Shown one piece after another: positions 21,421 through 31,120 of a DNA stretch of 64,000 nucleotides. The translations under genes were made by a program, and so were the position numbers. The notes beneath the pieces were generated by a model that did not search any database, had not been told where the DNA came from, and worked only from the letters and a program-made list of their open reading frames with translations. The DNA comes from an uncultured archaeon (GTDB lineage Archaea; Iainarchaeota; Iainarchaeia; Iainarchaeales; 1-14-0-10-31-34), in contig CAZSOZ010000002.1 of assembly GCA_964608675.1 (NCBI GenBank), positions 128,305-192,304 of the forward strand, in the 5' to 3' direction. Every line of letters starts with the position of its first letter. Positions within the stretch are counted from its first letter, which is position 1.

Positions 21421-22575
21421 ATGGAAACAGAAAAAATAAAGATAAAAGGAAAAGAAATAATTTTGGTTGGAACAGCCCATATTTCAGATAAAAGCGTTGA
21501 ATTAGTCAGAAAAACAATTAAACAGGAAAACCCAGAATCAGTAGGAATAGAATTAGATTACTCAAGATTCAAACAGCTTAAATCAGGAAAAAAATGGGAA
21601 GAAACAAATGTTTCATACATAGTTAAATCAGGACAAACTTACCTTTTTCTTTTAAATTTAATGCTTTCAAACATGCAGAGAAAACTTGGAAAAGAAATAG
21701 GAATAAAACCAGGAGCTGAAATGCTTGAAGCATTCAAAGTAGCAGAAGAAAAAGGACTGACAGTTGAACTTCTTGACAGAAACGTTCAAATTACACTAAA
21801 AAGAGCTTTAGCATTCACAGGAACAAAAGAAAAAATAAAAATAATTCTTCATATTTTTTCAGGTTTTTTTTCTGAACAAGAAAAACTCACAAAAGAAAAA
21901 ATAGAAGAACTCAAAAAAAAAGACGTAATGACAGAATTAATGAAAGAACTTGCTTCAGTTGCGCCCACAATAAAAAAAATTTTGGTGGATGAAAGAGACT
22001 TGTTTATTGCAAACAGAATTCTTGAATCAAAATCAAAAAAAATTGTTGCAGTAGTAGGAGCAGGACATTTAGAAGGAATAAAAAAAGCTTTGCATGAAAA
22101 AACAGATTTAAGGCCTTTAATGACTGTACCTAAAAAAAAATCTGGTTTAGGAACAGTGCTCAAATATTTTGTTCCCGCAGTATTTATTGCAATTATTGGT
22201 TACACGTTTTACAGTAAAGGCATAACTGCTTCAATCGAACTGCTTGCATTATGGTTTGTGATTACAGGAATTTTTTCTGCTTTAGGAGCTCTTCTTGCAA
22301 GAGCACATCCTGTTTCAATTCTTACAGCTTTTTTGGCTGCTCCTTTCACTACACTTCATCCTGCTCTGGCTGCAGGCTGGTTTGCAGGAGCAGCAGAAAT
22401 AAAATTTAACAGCCCCAAAGTAAAAGACTTTGAAAACTTAAACCAGCTTGATTCAATGAAAAACTGGTATTCAAACAGAGTAACAAAAGTTTTGCTGGTA
22501 ACAGCATTAACAAACTTGGGCGCCACAATAGGAGTATTGTTTGCTTTGCCTTATATTCTAAGCATACTAACTTAA
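21421..22575 (+). CDS. TraB/PrgY family protein
   Basis: LVGTAHIS, PGAEM, DRNVQITLKR, ERD, VGAGHLEGI, C-terminal TMs. Confidence 0.92.
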   Translation: METEKIKIKGKEIILVGTAHISDKSVELVRKTIKQENPESVGIELDYSRFKQLKSGKKWEETNVSYIVKSGQTYLFLLNLMLSNMQRKLGKEIGIKPGAEMLEAFKVAEEKGLTVELLDRNVQITLKRALAFTGTKEKIKIILHIFSGFFSEQEKLTKEKIEELKKKDVMTELMKELASVAPTIKKILVDERDLFIANRILESKSKKIVAVVGAGHLEGIKKALHEKTDLRPLMTVPKKKSGLGTVLKYFVPAVFIAIIGYTFYSKGITASIELLALWFVITGIFSALGALLARAHPVSILTAFLAAPFTTLHPALAAGWFAGAAEIKFNSPKVKDFENLNQLDSMKNWYSNRVTKVLLVTALTNLGATIGVLFALPYILSILT

Positions 22576-22607
22576 ATAAAAAAAAAGAAAAAGAAAAAAA
22601 AAGGAAA

Positions 22608-23720
22608 TTACAATTTTCCTATTTTTCTTGACTTCTCTTTAATTCTTTCCCTTGCAATTTCCTTTGCAATATGCCTTGGATAAGTTTCCTGTTCTTTTGA
22701 CTGCCTTAAAACTAATTCAGTGTTTTTTTCAATTTTTTCTTTTATTAAGTCAAACATTTCTTTTTCATTTCCTCCTATGTATTCAACATAAGAAGAAATG
22801 ACTCCTCCTGAATTAGCGACAAAATCAGGAACCACCCAAACTCCTTTTTGATGAAGCCTTTTTTCTATATGAGATTTCATGGGAATATTGCTTCCTTCAA
22901 CAATTAATTTGGCTTTAATTTTTTCTACATTAGATGAATTAATTACATTAGGTATTGCTGCAGTAATAATTACATCAACCGGCAATTCAAACAATTCTTT
23001 GTCATACAATTTTTTTGCGTCATCATACTTGTAAGGAGTTTTTTCTTTCTTTAATGTTTCAATCAGCTTTTCATAATCAAGGCCGTTTTCATTGTAAATT
23101 GTTCCGTTAATGTCTGAAACAGCATGAATGGTTGCATTTAATTCTTCATGCAAAAATTTTGCAACAAAACTTCCAACGTTGCCAAAACCTTCAATTGCAA
23201 TTTTTGCGTTGGATAAATCCAATTCAGCATATTTTGCTGCAATTTTTGCTGCCAGAAAAACACCATAACCTGTAGACCCCAATTCATGAGGAAGCCCTCC
23301 CATTTCTTTTGGTTTTCCTGTAATTGATTTTATGTCGCCGTTAGTTTTAGCATAGATTTCCATTTCAATTTCTCCCATATTAATGTCAGGAGCAGCAACA
23401 TACTCTTTAGGAGAAACACACTTCAATGCTTCAGCAAAAGCCTTAACAATTTCTGCTTTAGCTTCAGGAATAATTTTTCTTGGATCAGCAACAATGCCTG
23501 ATTTTGCTCCCCCAAAAGGAAGTTCAGCCAAAGAATTCTTTAAAGTCATCGCCCTAGCTAAATCCTGAACTTCTTCCACTGAAACAGTGGGAGTCATTCT
23601 AATTCCTCCTTTTCCCGGACCCAAAGCAGTGTTATCGATTACAACAAAACCTTTCATTCCGGCTTTAGGACTATAAACCTGAAGAACTTTTTCAGGCCCA
23701 AGTTCATCATATTCCAACAT
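22608..23720 (-). CDS. gdhA: Glu/Leu/Phe/Val dehydrogenase (glutamate dehydrogenase)
   Basis: GPGKGGIR, LPFGGAKSG, APD, EGFGNVG, PDFVANSGGV; start ATG 23720 after GGAGG. Confidence 0.9.
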   Translation of the reverse strand: MLEYDELGPEKVLQVYSPKAGMKGFVVIDNTALGPGKGGIRMTPTVSVEEVQDLARAMTLKNSLAELPFGGAKSGIVADPRKIIPEAKAEIVKAFAEALKCVSPKEYVAAPDINMGEIEMEIYAKTNGDIKSITGKPKEMGGLPHELGSTGYGVFLAAKIAAKYAELDLSNAKIAIEGFGNVGSFVAKFLHEELNATIHAVSDINGTIYNENGLDYEKLIETLKKEKTPYKYDDAKKLYDKELFELPVDVIITAAIPNVINSSNVEKIKAKLIVEGSNIPMKSHIEKRLHQKGVWVVPDFVANSGGVISSYVEYIGGNEKEMFDLIKEKIEKNTELVLRQSKEQETYPRHIAKEIARERIKEKSRKIGKL

Positions 23721-23738
23721 ACAACAATTCCTCCAAAA

Positions 23739-23770
23739 AAACTTTTTTTTGCAAAAAAGTTTATCAAAAA
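23739..23770. repeat. Dispersed palindromic repeat, copy 1
   Basis: AAACTTTTTTTTGCAAAAAAGTTTATCAAAAA. Confidence 0.55.
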
Positions 23771-23869
23771 AAACACCTTTTAAAATTTCATAAAAATTAT
23801 GAAAAAAACAAATATTAGAATCCAACAAAAAGTTTAAAAAAAGGAGTAAACGTCAATTAACAAAAAAAA

Positions 23870-24505
23870 TCATTTAATAATTTTTCCTGTTTTCATGCAC
23901 CACAAATATAAATCAAGTTCGCCTAAAAAAAGATTTAATTCTTTTGCCAGCCTGCTTAATTTTTTTTCCAGAACCAAATAATTTTTTTTATTCAGTTCTG
24001 CTTCTTTTTTTACAAGCCTGTTTTCTTTTGCGATATTCCAGACATGCTTGTCAATTATTGCATAATTAAAGTTTCCTGTATTCCTCAAAAAATGGCTTGC
24101 TTCCTTTAAACCCAAACCCTTAATGTTTTTCACCAAAAAATTTCTTTTTTCTTTTTCAGGAATTAAATTAATTAGTTCTTTTATATCAGAAAATTTTCTT
24201 GCAGAACAAATAAATGAAGCTCTTCTTGTATGAAACCTGCTTCCTGCTTTTTTGAGTTCCTTTGAAAGTTTTTTTTCAGGCAAAACAAGAAAATTTTTTT
24301 CTCCTATTTTTTTCTGAACCCTTAAACCCATTTCAGCTGAAGTATTTGCAGTCAACAGACAGAAACATAACTCAGAAAACCATTTTTCATTAGAATGATT
24401 TTTGAATCTTTCAAATTCTTGTATTCTTTGCTTTGCTTTTATTCCGACTTCAGATTCCATTAGGTTTTTTACTTCAAAAAATAACTTTTTCATAGGAAAT
24501 CTCAT
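23870..24505 (-). CDS. ogg: 8-oxoguanine N-glycosylase/DNA lyase (archaeal OGG)
   Basis: ELCFCLLTANTSA, KGLGLKEASHFLRN, IIDKH, GELDLYLW. Confidence 0.92.
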   Translation of the reverse strand: MRFPMKKLFFEVKNLMESEVGIKAKQRIQEFERFKNHSNEKWFSELCFCLLTANTSAEMGLRVQKKIGEKNFLVLPEKKLSKELKKAGSRFHTRRASFICSARKFSDIKELINLIPEKEKRNFLVKNIKGLGLKEASHFLRNTGNFNYAIIDKHVWNIAKENRLVKKEAELNKKNYLVLEKKLSRLAKELNLFLGELDLYLWCMKTGKIIK

Positions 24506-24837
24506 TAATGGATTTTTGATCCTGCAGGCAAATCCTTATCCAAAATTAAAAGAGAAACTTTATCTCCTTCTTCTGCAGCCAAAAGCATTCCCTGAGACTT
24601 AATTCCTGCAAGCTTTTTTGGTTCAAGGTTTGCTATTACAATAATTGTTTTTCCCAGCATTTCTTCAGCTGAATAAAATTCTTTTAGTCCTGCAACCAAA
24701 GTCCTTTTTTCTTCTCCTAAATCAATTGTTAATTTGAACAATTTATCTTTGCCTTCTATCTCTTCAACTTCAAGTATTTTTGCTGAACGCAAATCCAATT
24801 TCATAAAATCAGCAAAAGACACAAATTCTTTTTCCAT
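24505..24837 (-). CDS. Stand-alone tRNA-binding OB-fold protein (MetRS C-terminal/Trbp111/CsaA-like)
   Basis: DFMKLDLR, DKL..L.IDLG, ANLEPKKLAGIKSQGMLLAA. Confidence 0.9.
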   Translation of the reverse strand: MEKEFVSFADFMKLDLRSAKILEVEEIEGKDKLFKLTIDLGEEKRTLVAGLKEFYSAEEMLGKTIIVIANLEPKKLAGIKSQGMLLAAEEGDKVSLLILDKDLPAGSKIH

Positions 24838-24879
24838 AAAAAAAATATGTCTTGTAATCTTTTTAATAATTAGTTTTTT

Positions 24880-25089
24880 TCAGCTTACTTCGTTTAATCT
24901 TCTTACATTAAGTTTTATTCTCGAATTAGTTTCACAAATCATATCAGATGCCTTAAGATATCTGACTGCTTTTCTTATTTCCCTTACACTTAAATCAGTT
25001 TTTTCTGACAGCAAAATAACATCAAGTTTCTGGTTGTCTTTTATTTCCCTAAAAACTTTCAAGTAATTAAGCAAGTTCATTTTCACCAC
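24880..25089 (-). CDS. Small winged-HTH protein
   Basis: LSEKTDLSVREIRKAVRYLK HTH pattern. Confidence 0.6.
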   Translation of the reverse strand: MVKMNLLNYLKVFREIKDNQKLDVILLSEKTDLSVREIRKAVRYLKASDMICETNSRIKLNVRRLNEVS

Positions 25090-25178
25090 GAATTCCGCTT
25101 AAAAAAGGCAATAAAATAAAGCAATTGTTATATATAAATCTTTTGATTTTTTGTTTTAAGTTATTAGGCCTGCCTTTT

Positions 25179-25853
25179 CTAAAAATTTTTCGGCTTAAAG
25201 AATCCTTTTTTTGCAAAAAAAGTTTTAATGTGAACCATCACAGAACTCTTTTTTCCATGCACTAAATTTTTTCCTTTTTTTATCAGCTTTCTTGCATCCT
25301 CCAAAGATTCTGCTTTAGGAATCTCCAAAAAAGAAGAAGCAATCTCTTCAGGAAAATGTGCATCGCTTCCTGCAGTTTTAGGGATGCCGTGAAATTCAGC
25401 AAAAGATTTTGCTTTGCAATTAAATGAATCAGAATAAACTCTTGCATTAAAAACTTCAATTGCATCAATTTTTTTCCATTCAGTTTTCAAAACAGAAAAA
25501 TTATTCCTTAAAAAATCAAAAGGATGAGGAACAACAATCAAAGCATCCTGCGCCCTCAAAGCATCAATTACCTCCATATAATAATCCGGTTTAACAAATT
25601 CATTCATAAACAATCCAAGAAGCTCTCCTTCAATTTTTTTTTCTTCTGAACCAAAAGTAATTATTTCCTCTCCTTTAACAACTTTTACTCCTGCCTTTTT
25701 TCCCAAAGAAAAAATTTCATTCCAAGCTCTAACAGAATTATGGTCAGTTATAGCAACATCCACTTTCTTTTTTTTTGCTTTATGAATAATTGTCTTAGGA
25801 AGATTAACAGAATCCCCTGAACGAAAAGAATGAATATGACAGTCCAGCTTCAT
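25179..25853 (-). CDS. PHP-family phosphoesterase
   Basis: DCHIHS, AITDHN, GEEI, PHPF, IEVFN, GSDAH. Confidence 0.92.
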   Translation of the reverse strand: MKLDCHIHSFRSGDSVNLPKTIIHKAKKKKVDVAITDHNSVRAWNEIFSLGKKAGVKVVKGEEIITFGSEEKKIEGELLGLFMNEFVKPDYYMEVIDALRAQDALIVVPHPFDFLRNNFSVLKTEWKKIDAIEVFNARVYSDSFNCKAKSFAEFHGIPKTAGSDAHFPEEIASSFLEIPKAESLEDARKLIKKGKNLVHGKKSSVMVHIKTFFAKKGFFKPKNF

Positions 25854-25943
25854 TTTTTTATCACTTTTATATTTATACTTAAATTTAAGTTTTTATTGCA
25901 GTTAAATAACTTATTCTTTTGAATATAAAAAGGTAAGGTAAAA

Positions 25944-27161
25944 ATGAAGGAATTAAGAAAGGATTTTCCTATACTGGAAAGAGAAATTAATGGAAAAAAA
26001 ATAATTTACTTTGATAATGCAGCGACTTCCCTTAAACCAAAAACAGTAATTGAAGCAGTAAACAACCATTACACTAAAGGAACAGCAAACATTCACAGGG
26101 GACTGCACAAATTAAGCGAAGAAGCATCACACGAATACGAAAAAGCACATAATAAAACAGCAGAATTCTTTAAAGCAAAAAAAGAAGAATTTGTTTTAAC
26201 AAAAAACACAACCGAAGCAATAAATTCAGTAATGTATTCCCTTTATTTTTCGGATTTTTTTGAAAAAGGAGATAACATTCTTTTAAGTGAAATGGAACAT
26301 CATGCAAATTTAGTGCCCTGGCAGCTTCTTGAAAGAAAAGGTCTTATTAAATTAAATTTCATAAAAATAAAAGAAGATTTTACTCTTGATTTAGAAGACC
26401 TAAAAAACAAGCTAAACAAAAAAACAAAATTAGTTTCTTTAGCTCATGCATCAAACACTATTGCATCCATTAATCCAGTTGAAAAAATAGGAAAAATTGT
26501 GCACGAAAATAATTCCTTGTTTTTAGTTGACGGCGCACAATCAGCCCCCCACCTCCCAATAGATTTTTCAAAACTAAATGCAGATTTTTTTGTTTTTGCA
26601 GGACACAAAATGCTTGGCCCAAGCGGAACAGGAGGACTAATAGCAAAAAAAGAATTGCTGGAAAAACTTGAACCCTTTCAATACGGAGGAAGCATGATTC
26701 ATTCAGTTGAATTCCACAAAAGTTCATGGAACAATATTCCCTGGAAATTTGAAGCAGGAACCCCTCACATAGCAGGAATGCTTGGATTAGGAAAAGCAGT
26801 TGAATATTTAAGCAAAATAGGAATGCAAAAAATCAGAGAACACGAAAAGAAACTCACAAAACACGCACTTGAAAAAATGCAGGAAATGAATTCAATTAAA
26901 TTGTACTGCCCTAAAAACACAGAAAAACAGGTTGGAACAATTTTGTTTGAAATCAAAGGAATTGAAGCACACGATTTAGCAATAATCCTTGATGAAATGT
27001 CCAACATTGCAGTAAGAAGCGGAATGCACTGTGCAGAGCCCTTAATAAGTTGTTTAAATCCAAAAGGACTGGCAAGAGCATCCTTTTATTTATATAACAC
27101 AAAAGAAGAAATAGATGAATTCATTCAAGCACTCAAGACAATCTCCCAAAACTTCAAATAG
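25944..27161 (+). CDS. sufS: Cysteine desulfurase, SufS type
   Basis: YFDNAATS, MEHHAN, DGAQS, AGHKMLGP, EAGTP, RSGMHCA. Confidence 0.95.
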   Translation: MKELRKDFPILEREINGKKIIYFDNAATSLKPKTVIEAVNNHYTKGTANIHRGLHKLSEEASHEYEKAHNKTAEFFKAKKEEFVLTKNTTEAINSVMYSLYFSDFFEKGDNILLSEMEHHANLVPWQLLERKGLIKLNFIKIKEDFTLDLEDLKNKLNKKTKLVSLAHASNTIASINPVEKIGKIVHENNSLFLVDGAQSAPHLPIDFSKLNADFFVFAGHKMLGPSGTGGLIAKKELLEKLEPFQYGGSMIHSVEFHKSSWNNIPWKFEAGTPHIAGMLGLGKAVEYLSKIGMQKIREHEKKLTKHALEKMQEMNSIKLYCPKNTEKQVGTILFEIKGIEAHDLAIILDEMSNIAVRSGMHCAEPLISCLNPKGLARASFYLYNTKEEIDEFIQALKTISQNFK

Positions 27162-27199
27162 TAAAACTTAAATAACCCAAAAGACTTTATTTTAGCTGA

Positions 27200-28735
27200 A
27201 TGGCATTCTCAACAGAAGAATTAATTCAAATCGGATTAATTACAGGAATTATAATTGTTTTTGGATACACCTCATTTATTTATTTAAAGAATAAAGGAAT
27301 CCTTGAAAAAAAACCACAAAAAGAAAAATCAAAACCCATGACTTTTGCAAAAAACAGAAAACTAAGAGGCCTAGAAAAACTGATTCCAGAAAAAAAATTA
27401 AGCAAAAAACCTTTTTTAACTGAACTAAAAATTGAAAGCACTGAAGGATTATGGGAGCCGGAAGAAACAGAAGAAAAAACAGAAAAAAAAATTTTAGAAA
27501 AAAAAACATTTGAAACAAAAACAGAAACAAAAAAACAAGGATTAACTGAACTGCAAAACATAGTAAAAGGAACAGAAGAAAAAAGTTTTTTTGAAAAAAT
27601 AAAAGAAAAAATAAACACAAAAGAACAGGAAAACAAAGACGAAAAGAAAAAAAGCGAAGAAAAAAAAGAGAGAAAAAAATTAATTAACAAACCCCTACAA
27701 AACCCGCAAAAAATTGAAGAACAAGAAAACTTTGCATTCAAAGAAAAAAACGATGAAGAAAAACCAGAAAAAGAAAAAGCGGTTTTAGAAAAAATTCCTT
27801 TAAACAAACTAAAAAGATTTGTTTCAAAAGGAAAATTTGCATTCAAAGAAAAACCAAAAAAACAAGCAGAACAAAAATCAAAACAAAAACCAGAAAAAGA
27901 AAACATAGGAAAAAAACTTGAAGAAAAAATAAAAGAATACGAACAAAAAGCAAAAGAAATAAAAAAAGAAAAACCGGAAAACCAAAAATTGTTTAACTCA
28001 AAAGAAGAAAAAGAAAAACACGAACAAAAATTTGTGCAAAAAATACTTGACTCAGAAGAAGAAGAACTAGAAAAAATACGTAAAGCAATAGAACCAAAAA
28101 CAGACAAAGAATGGCAAAAAGAAAAACAAAAAACCATAAACGAACTAAAAAAAGAATTCTCAGAATTAGGCGAAAAACAAAAAAAAGATTTATGGCATAA
28201 ACCAAAAGAAACACAAGAAAAAACAGAAAAAAAGATAGAAGAAAAAGAAAAAAGAGAAAGCCAAGAAAAACAAAAATCAGAAAAAGAAATCCAAACAAAA
28301 AAAGAAACCAAAGAAAGCATTCAGGAAGAAATGAAAAAATTAATTGAAGAAAGAAAAAAACAGCTTTCAACAAAAGAAGAACCTGAAAAAAAAACTGAAA
28401 AACAAAAAAAAATTCAAAAAAATAAAAAAACAAAAACAGAAGAACAAAAAGAAACAAAAATACAAAAAAAAGATGAAGAAAAGAAAAAAGACACAAAAAT
28501 AAATGAAAAAAAAGAAAGCAAAAGAGAAAAAAAGAAAGGCTTTCTTGAAAAAATAGGTTTAAAAAAAGAAAAAATACAATTAAGCAGGGATGAAGAAGAT
28601 CAGATTCAAAAAATAATGATAGTATTAAAAGGAAAAAAAGATGAATATTCAAAAGAAGAAATGAAAGAAGCAATGAAAAATTTGAATTACAATGAAAAAA
28701 TAATTAATGAAGCAATAAGGCGGTTATATGAATAA
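27200..28735 (+). CDS. N-terminally anchored Lys/Glu-rich low-complexity protein with C-terminal helical domain
   Basis: Single N-terminal TM, about 430 aa K/E-rich, C-terminal domain shared with the next gene. Confidence 0.75.
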   Translation: MAFSTEELIQIGLITGIIIVFGYTSFIYLKNKGILEKKPQKEKSKPMTFAKNRKLRGLEKLIPEKKLSKKPFLTELKIESTEGLWEPEETEEKTEKKILEKKTFETKTETKKQGLTELQNIVKGTEEKSFFEKIKEKINTKEQENKDEKKKSEEKKERKKLINKPLQNPQKIEEQENFAFKEKNDEEKPEKEKAVLEKIPLNKLKRFVSKGKFAFKEKPKKQAEQKSKQKPEKENIGKKLEEKIKEYEQKAKEIKKEKPENQKLFNSKEEKEKHEQKFVQKILDSEEEELEKIRKAIEPKTDKEWQKEKQKTINELKKEFSELGEKQKKDLWHKPKETQEKTEKKIEEKEKRESQEKQKSEKEIQTKKETKESIQEEMKKLIEERKKQLSTKEEPEKKTEKQKKIQKNKKTKTEEQKETKIQKKDEEKKKDTKINEKKESKREKKKGFLEKIGLKKEKIQLSRDEEDQIQKIMIVLKGKKDEYSKEEMKEAMKNLNYNEKIINEAIRRLYE

Positions 28736-29891
28736 AAAAAATTTTATTATTGTATTGGCTTTGCTTTGCTTTACTATATTAACAGGCTGTATTGATTTAG
28801 TAAAAAACGGGCAGGAAACAATTCATTTAACTTACTCAAAAAATGGTTTAGTTGTATTCAGGCATACAATTGAAGGAGAAAAAGGAAGTTTATTTTATCA
28901 ATGGGAAGGAGACTGCACAGAACAAGCAAAAAGCCTTCTTGATTCAAATATAAGCTATCTGAAAAAAGAAAACATAAAAATAAATGACGCACAAAATTTA
29001 AGCCAGGAAGAAAAAACTGAGTTAACAGAAGAAAACAACAGAAAAATAAACACTCTGCTTTCAATTAAATCAAGTATAAACTGCCAGCTAAAAGACGAAA
29101 ACGGGACAGCAATACTTGATTATTCATTTAAGTTAAGCCAAGGATTTGAAAACATTAAATTATTTAACAGCAATTATGATTTCTCTTTAACAAAAAACGA
29201 AGACAAAATTGAATCTGCATTTAAAGTAAATAATACTGCAAACCAAAAAACAGGAAACCTTCTTGAAAAAATAGTTGTTTCTTCCTCTGATTCAGGCATA
29301 GACAAAATAGAGCCTGCAAATGCATTTGAATTAAAAGGAAACAAATACGAAATAAACATGCTTGGAATGGACGGAAAAGAAATAAAAATTACTATAAACA
29401 GAAAAGAAAAAACCACTCCTCCTATGCCGGAAAACAAAAAAGATGTCTTCAGCCTGCTAATAAAAGGATTCATACCTGAAAAATTAATGAGTTTAGAAAA
29501 AGAGGATTCAATTCAATGGATTCCAACAATATTGCTTGCATTAATTATTGTAATTATAATTGCAAAACTTGCAAAAAATGTTCATTTGCCGGAAAAAGAA
29601 GAAACCAAAACAAAAAAAGAGGATTCACTTGAAAACAAGGTTTTATTAAAAGGAAAACAAGCAATTAAAAAAACAAAATTTGAATACATGCAGCAGCCAA
29701 AAAAATCAGAAAAACCAAAACCCGGAAAACAAAAATTCACAGAAGAAGAAAAAAAGCAGATTAAAACAATTATTATGGCATTAAAAGAAACCTTTCAAAA
29801 TTACTCAAAAGAAGAAATAAAAAAAGCAGTGATTGGAAAAGGTTATTCAGACAAAATTGCAGAAGAAGTTGCAGACTTTTTCTATCCATAG
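28728..29891 (+). CDS. Lipoprotein-like membrane protein with C-terminal helical domain
   Basis: LTGC lipobox-like signal, internal TM, YSKEEIKKAVIGKGYS tail. Confidence 0.75.
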   Translation: MNKKNFIIVLALLCFTILTGCIDLVKNGQETIHLTYSKNGLVVFRHTIEGEKGSLFYQWEGDCTEQAKSLLDSNISYLKKENIKINDAQNLSQEEKTELTEENNRKINTLLSIKSSINCQLKDENGTAILDYSFKLSQGFENIKLFNSNYDFSLTKNEDKIESAFKVNNTANQKTGNLLEKIVVSSSDSGIDKIEPANAFELKGNKYEINMLGMDGKEIKITINRKEKTTPPMPENKKDVFSLLIKGFIPEKLMSLEKEDSIQWIPTILLALIIVIIIAKLAKNVHLPEKEETKTKKEDSLENKVLLKGKQAIKKTKFEYMQQPKKSEKPKPGKQKFTEEEKKQIKTIIMALKETFQNYSKEEIKKAVIGKGYSDKIAEEVADFFYP

Positions 29892-29907
29892 CCGGTTGCG
29901 TCCGGCT
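29890..29907. terminator. GC hairpin between convergent genes
   Basis: AGCCGG-TTGCGT-CCGGCT perfect 6-bp stem. Confidence 0.45.
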
Positions 29908-29953
29908 GAAACGAAATATATCACTCTATCTGCAATAGAACATTAATATATTC

Positions 29954-31118
29954 TTAAATTCCTGCTTCTTTTTTCAAAGTGTCTGCTTTATCGGTTTTTT
30001 CCCAAGTAAAATCAAGGTCGTTTCTTCCAAAATGACCATAAGCAGCAGTCTTGCAGTAAACAGGCCTCTTTAAATCCAAATGCATGACAATTTCAGCCGG
30101 CTTCAATGCAAAATGCTTTCGTACTAATTCACATATTTTGTTTTTTGCAATTTTTTCTGTTCCAAAGCAATCCACATTCACTGAAACAGGCTCAGGATAA
30201 CCAATAGCATAAGCAAGCTGGATTTCACATTTATCTGCAAGTCCTGCTGAAACAATATTTTTTGCAATATATCTTGCCATATAAGCAGCGCTTCTGTCAA
30301 CTTTGGAAGGATCTTTTCCAGAAAAAGCTCCTCCTCCATGCCTTCCTATTCCTCCATAAGTGTCAACAATAATTTTTCTTCCTGTAAGACCTGCATCAGC
30401 AAAAGGCCCGCCCCTAATAAAAGCACCTGTAGGATTAACATAAAACTTGGTTTTGTCGTCAATCCATTCACCGCACACAGGCTTAATTATTTTTTCCAAA
30501 ACTTTTTCTTTTAATTCTTCATATTCAACTTCTTTAGTATGCTGAGTTGAAACAACAACTGCATCAACTCTTAAAGGCTTTCCTTGTTCATTGTATTCAA
30601 CTGTAACCTGGCTTTTTCCATCAGGACCCAAAAAAGTAAGTCCATTACTTCTTCGAATTTCAGCTAATTTCATGCACAATTTATGCGCTAAAATAATAGG
30701 CAAAGGCATTAATTCAGGAGTTTCATTTGAAGCATACCCAAACATTAAACCTTGATCTCCGGCTCCTTGTTCATGATACAAAGAATCCTTTTCATTTACT
30801 CCTTGAGCAATATCTGGGCTCTGCTCTGTAATCTGAGTCCACACAGAACAAGTTTCATACTCTATTCCATATTCCGATTTAGTGTAGCCTATATCCTTAA
30901 TTGTATTCCTTACAACCATAGGGATATCCACATAAGCTTTAGTAGTAATTTCCCCAAAAACATTTACTCCTCCGTTTTTTGTTGCAGTTTCGCATGCAAC
31001 TCTTCCATCAGGATCCTCTTTAAGTATTGCATCAAGGATTGCATCAGAAATTTTATCACACATCTTGTCAAGGATGTCCTTCGGTAACAGATTCCGAAGT
31101 GAAGAGAATTTTCTCCAT
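29954..31118 (-). CDS. metK: S-adenosylmethionine synthetase (bacterial/eukaryotic type) containing a +1 frameshift after codon 16
   Basis: RBS GGAGGTGG, ATG 31118 [16 protein letters not shown], then TGA; the +1 frame continues [10 protein letters not shown]..., [26 protein letters not shown]; joined product 387 aa. Confidence 0.95.
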
Positions 31119-31120
31119 GA

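Noticed and set aside
21421..22575. Conjugation system (TraB)
   Set aside because: This is the widespread TraB/PrgY protease-like family, not a T4SS component; no transfer genes nearby.
27276..28673. Long minus-strand ORFs rich in Phe/Ser/Leu/Cys (346, 226, 114 aa)
   Set aside because: Antisense shadows of the K/E-rich plus-strand gene; T-rich strands are depleted of stops. The same applies to most short overlapping ORFs in the track.
31068..31070. TGA as a reassigned or selenocysteine codon in metK
   Set aside because: Readthrough stays in the wrong frame and meets another TGA four codons later; TGA ends many genes in this window.
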